Assembly: GCF_000281045.1 (NCBI RefSeq) | Contig: NW_008246084.1 | Span: forward strand, 529,769-571,465 | Source: Saprolegnia diclina VS20 | Taxonomy: Eukaryota | Direction of reading: 5' to 3' | Length of the DNA: 41,697 bases | Shown here: piece by piece, positions 13,165 through 24,712 of the stretch | How the letters are laid out: every line of letters begins with the position of its first letter | How positions within the stretch are numbered: position 1 is the stretch's first letter | The notes under the pieces: generated by a model | The model's database searches: none | What the model saw: only the letters and a program-made list of their open reading frames with translations | Told to the model about the DNA's origin: nothing | Translations under genes and position numbers: made by a program

Positions 13165-14815
13165 ATGCTGAATCGGTTCGCGCTTGCTTGGGCCCCGCGG
13201 GTGCTTCGGCCCCGCGCCCGCCTCCTCCGCCCGTTCTCCAAGGGCCCTGCCCATCATGGCGATGGCGACGAAGAGGAGGATGAGGATGACGATGAGGACT
13301 ATGACGACGACGATGGCATCGACTTTGACGACCTCGACCTCGACGAGATGGACTTTGACGACGACGACGATGCGATGCTGCAGGAGCCTGGCAGCATCGG
13401 CAACAAGAACGTCAAAGAGCAGGTCAAGGCCAAGGTGAGCATTCGCCGGAGCAAGCACTCGAAGCGCAAGTTCATTGACCGCATCCGCCTGCGCGTCAAG
13501 GGTGGCCACGGCGGCAACGGCTGCACGAGCTTCGTGAGTACGATGCATCCTAAATGGGCGAGACAACGTGCTCATGCATCCTGTACTCGTAGGCGAAGGC
13601 GCGGGCATGAAGCGCCCGAACGGCGGCCACGGCGGCGGTGGTGGCGACGTCATCTTGCGCGTCGACGCCCGTCTTCAGAACCTGTACAAGCCCACGCACC
13701 ACTTTAACGGCGGCGATGGCTGGAACGGCATGGGTACGCGTCTCCTGTGCGTCTCTTGCGTCGTCTCACATGCACGTAGCCAACGACCGCGCGGGGCGTC
13801 GTGGTAAGGACATCATCGTTCCCGTGCCACCGGGTACCATCGTCAAGACGGTCGAGCGGGTACGTCCCATCCAACTGAACATGTCGTGACAACCATGCCA
13901 GATCGAGCGCTGGAACGACGACTTGGACGACTATGAGATTGTCGACCGCAAGGAAACACTCGTGGACCTCGACACGCCGGGCACGAACTACACGGTGGCC
14001 GTCGGCGGCAAGCCCGGTCTCGGCAGTCGCATTCTCACGGGCAAGACGACCCAATATGGCGGTCTTCGCAAGACCATGGTGCGTTTCCTCTTCTTCGTTG
14101 CAAGCCGCTCATGGTTCGCATGCGGTAGCCGGAAGGCAAGGTGCTCGGGAAGCCCGGCACGTCGCAGTACCTCGAGCTCGAGCTCAAGACGATCGCCGAC
14201 ATTGGCCTCGTCGGGTACCCGAACGCGGGCAAGTCGACGCTGCTTCGGTCGCTCTCGCGCGCGACGCCCGAGGTCGCGCCGTACCCGTTCACGACGCTGC
14301 ACCCGTTTGTGGGCATCGTCGAGTTTCCCGATACGTTCCGCTTTAGCGTCGCGGATCTCCCGGGCCTCATCGAAGGCGCCCACAAGAACGTGGGGCTGGG
14401 CCATGACTTTTTGCGTCACATTGAGCGCACCAAGGTACACACTCTCCTCTCAACAAGATCACTCTAGCGATTACTCTTCTAGATCTTGCTCTATGTGCTC
14501 GACACGGCGGGCACGGAAGGCCGCGACCCGCTCTCGGACTTGCACCATTTGCAAAACGAGCTCGAGCTATATGCACCCAACATTACGTCGCGGCCGTCGC
14601 TGATCGTAGCCAACAAGATGGACGCGCCGGGGGCCGGCGAGCAGCTCGAGCGACTCCGCAAGGCGACTGACCTTGGCGTCGTGCCGCTCAGGTACGCTCC
14701 TTGGTATCAAGTATCAGTATATCAACCTGGAGCTAGCGCCCTTCACAAGGTCGACATCAAGACGCTCGCGTCGTCGCTGCGATGGATGATCGAAAACTAC
14801 AAGCAACTCGACTAG
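13165..14815 (+). CDS. Obg/CgtA family GTPase, probably mitochondrial (MTG2/GTPBP5-like)
   Basis: Arg-rich transit-like N-terminus, [53 protein letters not shown] (G1), YPFTTLHP (G2), DLPGLIEGA (G3), NKMD (G4). About six short introns. Confidence 0.93.
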
Positions 14816-14880
14816 AATGTACTACACCTCTTCATGGCACTCTCGTCTCCAACGACTGGCATATGCAGCATACGGTCGTC

Positions 14881-16035
14881 TTAGCAGAGCACTTCGTCGA
14901 GAAGGTCCTGGAGCATCGTGTCGGTGACGATGCCATCGTCCTCGTCATTGTCGGTCGTCGTTGTCGGCACCGAGACTTCGCGCTTGCTATGGGCCTTCTC
15001 CGGCTGCGGAATGTACTTCCACTCGTCGTCGATCTTGGGTTCCCAGAACCGGCGCTTCATTTCGGGCTTTTCTGGCTTCTCGGGCGACGGCACCTTGACC
15101 TCTCTCGGGGCCTCGGCGCGCGTTGTGACTGGGCTAAAGAAGCGGTACTGGAGCGCTTGGGCCGCCGTGGGCCGGCGCCCCGAGTCGTACTGGAGCAAGT
15201 CGACCAAGAGCTGGATCGCGGCCGGGCTCGCGTTCGGAATGAGCTGCTTGAGGGGCACGGCGTTGCATTTTGGAAACCTACGTAGCCCTTATTTCGCACG
15301 TCGAGTTGGTCGAAGACGGTACTTGAACTGCATGTGCGCGACCATGCTGACGCCTTCGGGCCAGCTCTCCTTTGTCGGCGTCCCCAAGATCGAGCAGATG
15401 CGACACATTTGGTCCGCTTCCGTCGAGCCTGCAAAGAGCGGCTTGCCCAGATAGAGCTCGGCCATGATGCAGCCGCACGCCCAGAGGTCGATCGGCGAGT
15501 TGTACGTCGACGCACGCAGGAGCAGCTCGGGGCTGCGGTACCAGCGTGTCGAGACGTAGTCGGTGAACGGCGGGCGGGACCGGATCTCGCGCGCCTGCCC
15601 GAGGTCCGCGATCTTGAGCGTCGTCTTATCGGACGCGAGGAGGCAGTTCTCGGGCTTGATGTCGCGGTGGAAGAAGCCGTGCTTGTGCATGTACGCTAGG
15701 CCGGCGAAGAGCTGGCCCATGATGTTGCGCACGTGGGCTTCGTTGGTCGCCGGTCCGTGGCCGCGCATCCAGCTAAAGAGGCTCGTGTCCATGTACTCGA
15801 ACACAAAGTAGAGCTGCGCCTTGTCGCGAATGACCTCCTTGAGCTGGATGATGTTGTCGTGCCGGAGCACCTTGAGCGACTTGAGCTCGCGCAGCTGGAG
15901 ACACTCCTCCCACGTCGGGAAGAGCGTCTTGAGCCGCTTGATGGCAACGACCTCGTTCGTCTTGAGGCTCCGCGCTTTCAGCACCTCGCCGTACGCGCCA
16001 TCGCCGAGCCGGTCGAGGATCTCGTACCGGTTCAT
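14881..16035 (-). CDS. CMGC/RCK (MAK/ICK-like) serine/threonine kinase
   Basis: MNRYEILDRLGDGAYGEV, VAIKR, HRDIKPEN, activation loop IRSRPPFTDYVSTRWYRSPE (TDY motif of MAK/ICK). Intron 15278-15322. Confidence 0.92.
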
Positions 16036-16080
16036 CTTGTCGGTTTTCCAAAAAGTAATTGAGTCCGACAAAGTCGCTAT

Positions 16081-16130
16081 TTCCTAGTACTTGGCAGCGA
16101 ATTCCTAGTGAGTCGGAGCTAATTCCTAGT
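16081..16130. promoter_or_regulatory. Three TTCCTAGT direct repeats at exact 21-bp spacing upstream of the MAK kinase
   Basis: Copies start at 16081, 16102 and 16123, 46-95 bp upstream of the kinase ATG (16035, minus strand). The repeats are seen directly; a regulatory role is inferred. Confidence 0.5.
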
Positions 16131-16185
16131 CAAGGAAATGTCTTGATAGAAAAAGGGTAATTACATTCGTGTTATAGGGATCTCT

Positions 16186-18739
16186 CTAGTTGTCGTCGTC
16201 GTCGTCGTCGCTCGACTCGGCCTCGTCGTCGTTCTCGTCCATCGGACCCAGCACGTGGACCTTCCCGACGCTCGCAAGAAGGTCGTTGAGCTTGGTGAGC
16301 CCGGCCGACGAAATCATGTTGGCGTCCAAGTGCAAGCGCTTGAGGTGCGACTTGGTCGCGAGGCCCGTCTTGACGAGCGAAATCGCGCCGCTGGCCGTGA
16401 TTTCGTTGCCACAGAGCGAGAGCTCTTCGAGTTTTGTCAGCGACGCGCGAATCTCATCCGCAAACACCGCGAGGCCCTTGCTCGTGCACTCATTCTCGTC
16501 GAGGCGCAGCACGACCAGGTCGCTCTGGGCCTCCAGCGAGTGCGGGCCATTCGCGAGGTTACTCATGCCTTCGTCCTCCAACTCGTTGCCCGAGAGGTCG
16601 AGCGACGTCAGACGCACATGGTCGAGTGCGCGCACCACAGCGACCGCGCCGTCCGGGCCGAGCGACGCGTCGCGGAGCTTGAGCACGCGGAGCTTTGTCT
16701 GCTTGCGGAGGGCGGCCGTGAGCGCCTTCACGCCATCGTCGTCAAACGAGCAGTCGCTCAGATCGAGCGACTCGAGCTGCGAGAGGTTGGCGGCAATCGA
16801 GCGGGCGAGCTCCTGGCTCGCGTCCAAGCCCGCGCGCGCGCTCGCATAGCGGAACGTCGTCAGGTGCGGGCACCCGGGCAGCATCTTGGCAATCGCGAGG
16901 CACCCGTCGTGGCCGCTCATGTTGTTGAAGAACGAGAACGTCTTGAGCGTCGAGACAGGCGTCTGCAGCACGACTTCGTTGGCGATGACGGCCGCGGCGG
17001 CCGCCGAGATGCCGTTGTTCTCGAAAAGGAGGTGCTGGAGCTTGGGCTGCGGAATCAAAATCGCAAAGCACGCGCGGACGCCCTTCTCGCCCAGCGCGTT
17101 GTCGCTGAGGTCGATCGTGTCGAGGACGTGGCCCTTGAGCGACTCGCAGATCGCCGAGAGGACAAGGAGCGCTTCGTCTTCGGGGCGACCGGCGATGATA
17201 TCGGCGAGGTCGGCGACCTGAAGACCTTGGACCTTGGAGAGGAACGCGGCCATAACATGCGCGCCATCAATCGTGTAGCTCTTGCCGCGGAGCGAGATCG
17301 TGTGAAAGTGAGTTTGGCCAGCGTACGGCGCGAGGAGCTCGTGGGCGCGATCCGCGTTGACGACCTCGCGCTTGGCTTCAAAGACGAGCTTGGCATCTAG
17401 GTATATGCGATAAGATCTGAGGCAATCGATATAGAGACATACCGGTCGAGATGCTCGTCGCGGCGAGCGACGACGTCGCAGCGTCGACACCAGCGTCGGG
17501 TTCCGAGTCGGTCTCGTCGTCCGACCAGTCGAGGTCGTCGTCAAGAAGTTCGTCCGCCTCGTTCTCGTCGTCCATGTTGTCTTCAATTTCAACAAGGATC
17601 CCAGTGTTGAATTGCGCTTCGATCTTGGTAAGCGCGTCGTCCGAGAACATGTTGCCATCGAGTTCGACGCGCGTCAACTGGGCCTTGTGGGCGAGCGCCT
17701 TGGCCAAGTGCCAGCCACCGACGCTGCAAAGTTCGTTCGTGTTGGACTGGAAGACGCGGAGGTGCTTGGCGACCGTCTTCTTCTGGAGGACACGAGCGAG
17801 GAGCTGCGCACCCGACGAAGTGATTTCGTTCTCTTCGATGCGGAGCTCTTCGAGCTGCGGAAGGGCCTGGACGAGGCGGGCAAGTGCGGCCATCGAGGCT
17901 TCCGTGAGGTCGTTGCCCGAGACGTCGAGGATGCGGATGCCGGCCACCTTGTTGGTGATGAGCGCCTCCGAGATCGCAATCAAACCGTCGTCGCCAATCG
18001 AAGCGTCGCGGAGGTTGAGCACTTCAAGCTGCGACTGGAGACCGAGGCCCTTGGCGAGCACGATGGCCCCTTCGGCGCCAAACGTGTTGTCGCTCAGATC
18101 CACGCGCTTGAGGTTCCGGAGCGAGCCAAGCGCGGCGGCAAAGACGCGGCAGCCCTCACGCTGCGCGCGCGTCGTCGAGAAGCGGAGGTCCTCGAGGTGC
18201 TGGCACGCCGGCAGGAGGGTCGCGAGCGCCTTGGCACCGCCGTCGCCGCTCATGTTGTTGTAGAAATGGAACGTCTTGAGCGTCGACGGCGCGTCCTTGC
18301 CGCGGAAGAGAAGGACGTCCGCGACGACCTGCGCCGATTCGGCCGAGAGGCCGTTGTTGCAGAGGTACAGACGCTCGAGGTGCTGCTGACGCTCGAGGAC
18401 GCCAAAGCAGCGGCGGATGCCCTTTTCGCCGAGCGCGTTGTCGCTAAGGTCAATCTCGACGAGCTGGTGGCCGTGCAGCGCGTGGCAGACAGTCTCGAGT
18501 ACTTCAAGAGCCTCGTCTTCGGGGCGGCCAGCAATCATGTCGGCCAAGTCGGCCACGCGGAGGCCGTCCGGAATGGTCTTGAGGAAGGTCGCGAGCACCT
18601 TGGCGGCGTCCAGCGAGTAGCTCTTGTCGCGGAGAGAGATGCGGTAGAAGCTCGACGAGGCCTCGAAGGGCGCGAGGAGCGCTGTCGCCCGCGCTGCGTC
18701 CACGAACTCGCGCTTGCCTGCCAGGACCAACTCGACCAT
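16186..18739 (-). CDS. RANGAP: Ran GTPase-activating protein with two tandem LRR GAP modules, each with an acidic tail
   Basis: A 46-nt GT-AG intron (17397-17442) fuses ORF 17378-19057 to ORF 16186-17658 in frame (..SIST-D-AKLVF..). Both halves carry ADLADxIAGRPEDEAL, DLSDNALGEKG, NNGxS, F(Y/F)NNMSG and a D/E-rich tail. Confidence 0.88.
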
Positions 18740-18750
18740 CGGAAGCACGT

Positions 18751-18772
18751 GGTAAGAAATGAAAATGACACC
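18751..18772 (-). promoter_or_regulatory. Oomycete Inr/FPR-like core promoter element
   Basis: The minus strand reads GTCATTTTCATTTCTT just upstream of the RanGAP ATG at 18739, resembling the oomycete TCATTY-NNN-WTTY initiator. Confidence 0.45.
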
Positions 18773-19170
18773 GAGAAAGGGGTCGCAAATCATCTCCCGC
18801 AATTTATCCGGACAGAAGATTGACCTCGCGTTCGATTGGCCAATAGTCCCGTCAAAGGTCACACGACGCGTGCCTGATTGGTCGAAACGCGCAGCGTAAG
18901 CGAGAGGCGACATGGCTACTTGCACGCAACATTTGACCGCCCTCTGGCGCAAGCTGCGGACAAACATGCTCTCAACATGATCAGCACCCCAGCGTCCAAC
19001 AAACCCATGTGTATTTGTGCATGCTTGCAAAAGTACTGGGCAATAAGCACGTCGCATTGAACAGACTCGAAGTACGTTGCGAATATCGTTGCGTGATATT
19101 AGCCGTTGGTGATGGCCTACGGAAGGGACGAAGGATGTCCGGATACTGTGCCATCACTGGTGGATAGCGC

Positions 19171-19923
19171 ATGGGACGCTTCACAACGTGCCTTCAGTGC
19201 AGCTGCGTGTACGCGCTGCGTGCGTGCATCGACCTCGCGTTCCCGGTCCAGCAGCGGCAGTGGAGGTGTCTGCCATGCACGCTACCACCCGTGTACGCGG
19301 CTGCCCACGCCCTCTTTGTGCGCGAACACCGAGCGATCGCAGACGTCGCGACGCACTTCGAGCTTGATCGCGCCAAGCTCCTCTTGCTCGTGCGCTGGCA
19401 CCGCGCCCACGCCCAGAGCACGAGCACCCTCTCGACTCGTGCGCGCGCCGTCGGCGCCGCCATGGCATCTGAATCGCCCTTGTACACAAAAGAGATGCTT
19501 CAAGCGGCAGTTCGGTACGCGGCGTTGCATGGCGTCGGCTGCCGCCAAGCCGCACGCGCCATCGAGCGCGTGCACCAGCTGCCCCTCAACTCGATTCCGC
19601 ACGGAACCGTACATCAGCACATGCAGTCGCCGTCACTGCGGTATCGCAATCCGGGTGCCCACCGAAAGTTGTCGCGCTTTGAAGAAGAGCTCGTGGCGCA
19701 GCACTTGATTCAAAAGCAGGAAACGCGGCGCTTGACAAAGCACGAGGCTGCCGAAGAAATGATGACGCTGCTCTGTCGACGTGGTCGAGCCAACCCGTTC
19801 GAAGCGTGTGCGCAAGCACGACCCAGCCAAGGGTTCTGGCGCGGCTTCTTGCAGCGCCATCCGGAGATCCAACTGCAAACCCGATCATCCCCATGCAACA
19901 GGATACTCGATGCGACCACGTGA
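19171..19923 (+). CDS. CENP-B/pogo (Tc5)-type HTH DNA-binding protein lacking a DDE domain
   Basis: YTKEMLQAAVR...GCRQAAR...IPHGTV (psq-like HTH), then KLSRFEEELVAQHL...NPF...PSQGFWRGFLQRHPEI (Tc5/CENP-B HTH). The ORF stops soon after, with no catalytic domain. Confidence 0.75.
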   Translation: MGRFTTCLQCSCVYALRACIDLAFPVQQRQWRCLPCTLPPVYAAAHALFVREHRAIADVATHFELDRAKLLLLVRWHRAHAQSTSTLSTRARAVGAAMASESPLYTKEMLQAAVRYAALHGVGCRQAARAIERVHQLPLNSIPHGTVHQHMQSPSLRYRNPGAHRKLSRFEEELVAQHLIQKQETRRLTKHEAAEEMMTLLCRRGRANPFEACAQARPSQGFWRGFLQRHPEIQLQTRSSPCNRILDATT

Positions 19924-20027
19924 GCGCGCCACGTCATAATCTAAATTAAATTATTCAACTGGCAGATCGTGGCAATCAAAAATCACCATCAAAAATCACC
20001 ATATTGCGTTTCAGATCTTAGTCGGCC

Positions 20028-20726
20028 CTAAAAGGTTATGTACATGAGCTTGAAGAGCGTAACGAACGCAAGGAGGACAGCAAGAAAAATGATGCTGTTA
20101 TGCAGGTTCACCTTGGCCGCGATGGTCTCGACATCCTCTCCGAGGTGCTCGACCTTGCGGCGCAGTGCGTCGAGGCTGTCCAACGCCTTTGCTTCGCACC
20201 GAAAGCGGGCGACAGTCGACCACACGGGCGAGAGAGGAATCGTGAGCGTGAGCACGACGGCGCCGCTGTCACCAGGCAATAGGTCCACGTCCATTGTTCT
20301 ATCGCGCGTCATGGCTTCTCCAAAGAACTTCGACAAGCGATCGCCCAGCGTCTCGCGTCGCTTGAGCTGCTCGTTGCGACCTTCGAGCGCCGTCTACAGA
20401 CAAGAGTCTACCAGCACCATCAAAGGCGTACATTGTACGCGCAAAAGGTCAAAGAGCATCGCGGGTGGGAGCTGCGTCTCGTCGCCACACACCGATTGGG
20501 TGTTTGCAATTGCGCACGTCCTGCAAGGTAGGTTAACCAATACGATCGGTGTACGTGGCTCGCACCAATGCTTCATAGTGCGCAACGACTCGAGCGAAAG
20601 CTCAAAGGCCCCTTTCATCTCGGTCTTGGTCAGCATGATGCGGTAGCCGCCGTGCTTGGGCATCGACCGAAACGCCAAGTGGGGCAGCGCGAGGCAAAAC
20701 TGGGGCGTCGATGGCGTCTTCTTCAT
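20028..20726 (-). CDS. Hypothetical protein: beta-rich head, short coiled coil, C-terminal transmembrane helix
   Basis: Two ~45-nt GT-AG introns (about 20522-20566 and 20394-20438) join MKKTPSTPQF...GYRIML...FELSLESLRTMKHW-TCAI...MLFDLLR-TALEG...VDLLPGDSGAVVLTLTIPL...LDALRRKVEHLGEDV...IIFLAVLLAFVTLFKLMYITF*. The start codon is uncertain. Confidence 0.68.
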
Positions 20727-21478
20727 GGCTAATGGCAAATTCAAAGTGGCCACAACGACAAGCCCTCCGTGGTCGCACGCCATCGCCTCTGACGGGCCAT
20801 CGTTTCTCGGAAAAACGAGCAATAACATGTGCCTATGTCGTTGGGTAGTCTGCTCCTCTCTGCCTTGACCGTTGTTGACAGCGCCGTCGTACTGCTCCAG
20901 TGAACTCAACGGTCCATCCTCGACAAACCCCAATTGCAAGCTCATGGACTGCGACGTCGCTTGGCGACATGCTAAACCTTCTGCCTTGCGTCAAGCGTTC
21001 GATATCTTCTTCGTCTTTGCCATCGTGGAGATGGCAGTAGCCAGTGTCGACGTACTGTAGTTTCGACGAGCGTTGTCATCACGACGCGCGCTGTCGGATT
21101 GTCATCAACCAAGTGGGTATCTTCATTTCACACAGGTTCCGCCATTCGCACGCAACCTTCTCCCGCACCGACATGGACGACCTTCAAGAGGTAGCGAGAC
21201 GACAGTCCTTGGCTCACGTTGTTTTCGAGCCCTGCATTTTCAAAGCCAGCGACAGCAACGGTGAGAGCATTAGCGCGCGTCGGCTGTCGTGCGCGAGTCG
21301 CACTCGCTGCAACGTTGCGTGCTTGTAGCCACGTTAAAGATCGCGCATCGTTTCACGCGTTTTTCACATAGTACACATGTATACAAACACCAAGTAGCTT
21401 GTTGTCGCCATACAAACCTTCAGTGTGGGACGACCGGTGCAGCTGTCTTTTCACTCGGCGACGACGACGTCAACCGGC

Positions 21479-22685
21479 ATGGGCGGGGACAAGACGACGC
21501 GCGTGGCGATCCTCCTCAAGGGCTGCCGTAACCTGCTGCCAATCGACGGCCTCAGCAGCAACAACAACGTCTTCTGCGAGGCCTTCCTCATCGAGAAGGA
21601 CGGGCGCAGCCGCGTCAAGCACAAGACCAAGGCCATTCGCGCGACCTTGAACCCGATGTGGCACCTGCGCATCGACTTTGGCGTGGTCGCGCTCGATGAC
21701 ATCGGCGGCCTCGTCTTCTCGGTCAAGCACTCGGGCAAGTTTGGCATGAAGATCCTCGATCTTGGCGACGTCGTCTTGTCGCCGGACGACCTCCTCGACA
21801 TGAAGCTCGTGCGTCCATATTCGTTCCATGGCACGATGGCTCATGGCCTGTTGTTGTAGCGCCCAGCAGACAACGAATGGTACGATCTCGAGCCAACGCC
21901 CGAGATGGAGAAGCGTGGGTGGGGCAACCGCCCGCTCGGCGCGATCCGCGTGGCCTCCGACACGCCCGGTGAGTTTGTGACGCCGCAGCTCGAGCCAGCG
22001 CAGCGTGTGCCCTCGTCAGCGTCGGCGGTCCTTGCTGGGTCGCGCACGCTGTCGCAAATGACGACGAGCGAGTGCCGGCCCACGAGCATGTCGTTTGAAG
22101 ATGACTTTAACCCGAACCACATCCCGATGCTGCGGTCGGCGAGCCACATCCCAATGCTCTCGAGCCTCCAATCGACGAGCTCGTTCATGGAGGACCACGA
22201 CCCCGCGCGCGAACTCAAGCTCCTCAAGCGCTTTGCGCACCGGTACCCAGGGCGTGGCGAGACATGGTTTGTCATCTCAGCCCAATGGGTCCAAACGTGG
22301 CTCGTACGTCATGACGCACCGTCCGTCACTCTCGTCTCAACAAACGATATAGGAATTCGTGACGTCACCGAGCCCGATGGACGCAAGTCTGCCTGGTGTC
22401 ATCAGCAACATGATGCTCGTCGAAGACAGTCCGACGGGCACACACCTCGAGCTTCGTCGCGACCTGCAACTGAAGCAAGACTTTCGGTACTGCACTTGTC
22501 GTATTTGCGATTGAGATTGAGAATATTGTGCTAGGCTCATTGACAAGGACAGCTGGAAGCTCTACTGTCTCTGGTACGGCGGCGGCCCGACGATCACAGT
22601 GGTCATTCCCGAGCTGATTCCGAGTGTGTCGGGCTGGATGCGAAGCATGCGCCTCCACGAGCACGCTGAGATCCTCGCCGGCTAG
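21479..22685 (+). CDS. C2 domain + DUSP domain protein (no USP catalytic domain)
   Basis: Introns 21809-21859, 22304-22352 and 22487-22534. C2 part: GCRNLLPID...KTKAIRATLNPMW...LGDVVL...EWYDL...LGAIRV. DUSP part: WFVISAQWVQTWLEFV...PGVISN..L...DLQLKQDFRLIDKDSWKLYCLWYGGGPTI. Confidence 0.82.
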
Positions 22686-22786
22686 CTACACGTCGTATCT
22701 CTCTTATCTATTGCGCTGCATGTAGCTTCGTTTGTCTCTTAATGTAATGGACCCTAGCCCTTTGTTATAAATGGGTGCAGACTTGC

Positions 22787-24224
22787 TTACACTTCGTCGC
22801 TCAGCGGCGGCGGCGACTCGAGAATCGGCGCGTCCGAGGCGTACAGCCGCGCCTGGATGTCCCGCAAATGCTGCATCTCCGAGACTGACAGGCTTTTGCT
22901 CCGGAGACCGCGGCCGGGTACCCAGCGTGGCAGCTTCTGCACTGCCGACGACACGGACGCCGGTAAGGACGCCCGCGTCTTTAGATATGACGTCGTCGAC
23001 GTGACGCTGTGACGCCGTAAGGACGACTTGAGGTCCCGAGAGGTCTGCGACCAGCGCTGGAAGCGCGACGTCGGCGCATCCGGTGGCGCGTCATCGTCAT
23101 CGTCGTGGGTCGTCTGGTTGGATGTCGGATGCTTGGCGCGAAATCTCGCGACCTTGTCCATGTACTTGTGCACGTCTGTGGCTGCGAGGCGCTCCTTGCA
23201 CGACGACATGCTGCGCTTGAGCTTCGAGGGCAGACCCATTTTGCGCTTGGTCGGCGTCTCGTCGAGAGTCGGCGGCGACAGATCCGAGTCCAGAAGCTCC
23301 GGCATCGACACGGACGTCGGTCGCCCGGCGTCGGGCGAATCGAGCGCAAAGTCCGAGAACGACCTGTCCAGCGACACGAGCGACTCGGACGCCGTGGACG
23401 AGAGCGGCGATTCGGGCAGTTGTTGGAGCCCCGAAGCTGCGACGTAGGGCGAGAGGCCATGGCGCAGGCGCGCGACGTGGCACATGTAAAAGTAGTTGCC
23501 CCAAAAAACGTCTTCTGGGATCTTGCGCGCCGACTCGAAATGGCGCTAGAGCATGCCACGATGAGGACACGATGGGCGACTTGGTGCGTACCTGCCGAAG
23601 GTGCGCATCAAATGCGAGCAGCTGCGGCGCGACCACGAGGTACCGCTACGCACCTGCATGAGCAACAGAGGCAGACGAGAGGCGGCGTACGTCAATGTCG
23701 AAAATCGGCGCGAGCTTGTCGGGCGTGAGCACATTGAAGTTGCTCAAGTCCCAACTGATCTCGAGCACGTCGTCTTGGACGTCCTCGTTGACGCTACCGT
23801 CCTACCATCCATCACATGAGCAAATGTACGATGCATGGCGCCTGCCCACCTCGTTGATCCATGGTAGCAGCGTCACGAGATCATCCGGTGCGACGTCGCT
23901 GGTCGCGTCCACCGGCGCTTCGTCCGGAAAGTGCTCGGCAAGCGCCTAGCCGTCGATCGGTACCGCGCTGACAGCTATGCCCGCAGATGTACCTCTTGGG
24001 CTAGCAGCGTCGCCTTCTCGACGGCCACGGACGACTCGTGTGCAATGTGCTTGGCTGTTTCGACCGCCGACGCCGAGAGCTCCATCGCAGTCGCCGAGAG
24101 CTCGATGGCATCCTGCGTGAGCTGCTTCGCGAGCTCCGATGCAAATGAGAAGAAGCCTAATGCGGCGCCATGAGGCCATGCTGGCCGTCCATGCGCTAGT
24201 ACCGTTCGACGTCCCGTAGTCCAT
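22787..24224 (-). CDS. BSD domain-containing protein (multi-exon)
   Basis: Spliced model MDYGTSN-GFFSFASELAKQ...LLPWINE-DGSVNEDVQDDVLEIS...QLLAFDAHLRQ-RHFESARKIPEDVFWGNYFY, with the BSD FW..YF signature, followed by a Ser-rich tail. Some exon borders are uncertain. Confidence 0.75.
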
Positions 24225-24712
24225 GAGCCGTCGGTCGCGGGAGATACGCCTGCGTTCTGCGAAGAGAGCAATGAAAGCTGTCCGGTTACATGCCACATGG
24301 TGCTTCGACGGCTGCACTTCTTGTACTCTATCTTTGTATACACATACAATATCCAAGCTTTCCATTATCCGGACGTACCACACCCAAATATTTGAGATCT
24401 GCCTCGGCAGGTGGCAGGTGGCAGCGCAGCGATGGCAGCGGATGGATGCGAGACCATGACGTGTCGCTGCCAGCAGCTTGCCGGCGACAAGCCATGCGCC
24501 ATGGCGATACTCATGGGACTCCTGCAAGACGCCGGCCATGTGCACGAGGCTAAAGGCTGCTACTGCGTGTACGAGTAGCCACGTCGGCAGGTCTATGCAC
24601 CAAGCGGCGACACGACCTTCGGTAATCCCACTGGCACGCAGATAGGATGCAATAGCAGTGAAGGGTAAGGTCGTGTTTGGATAGATAGCGAGTCGTCAAC
24701 GTGGTCGACGGA

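Noticed and set aside
18740..19057. N-terminal extension of the RanGAP ORF
   Set aside because: It has non-coding composition and contains an Inr-like element just before the ATG at 18739, and homology to module 2 begins at MVELVL.
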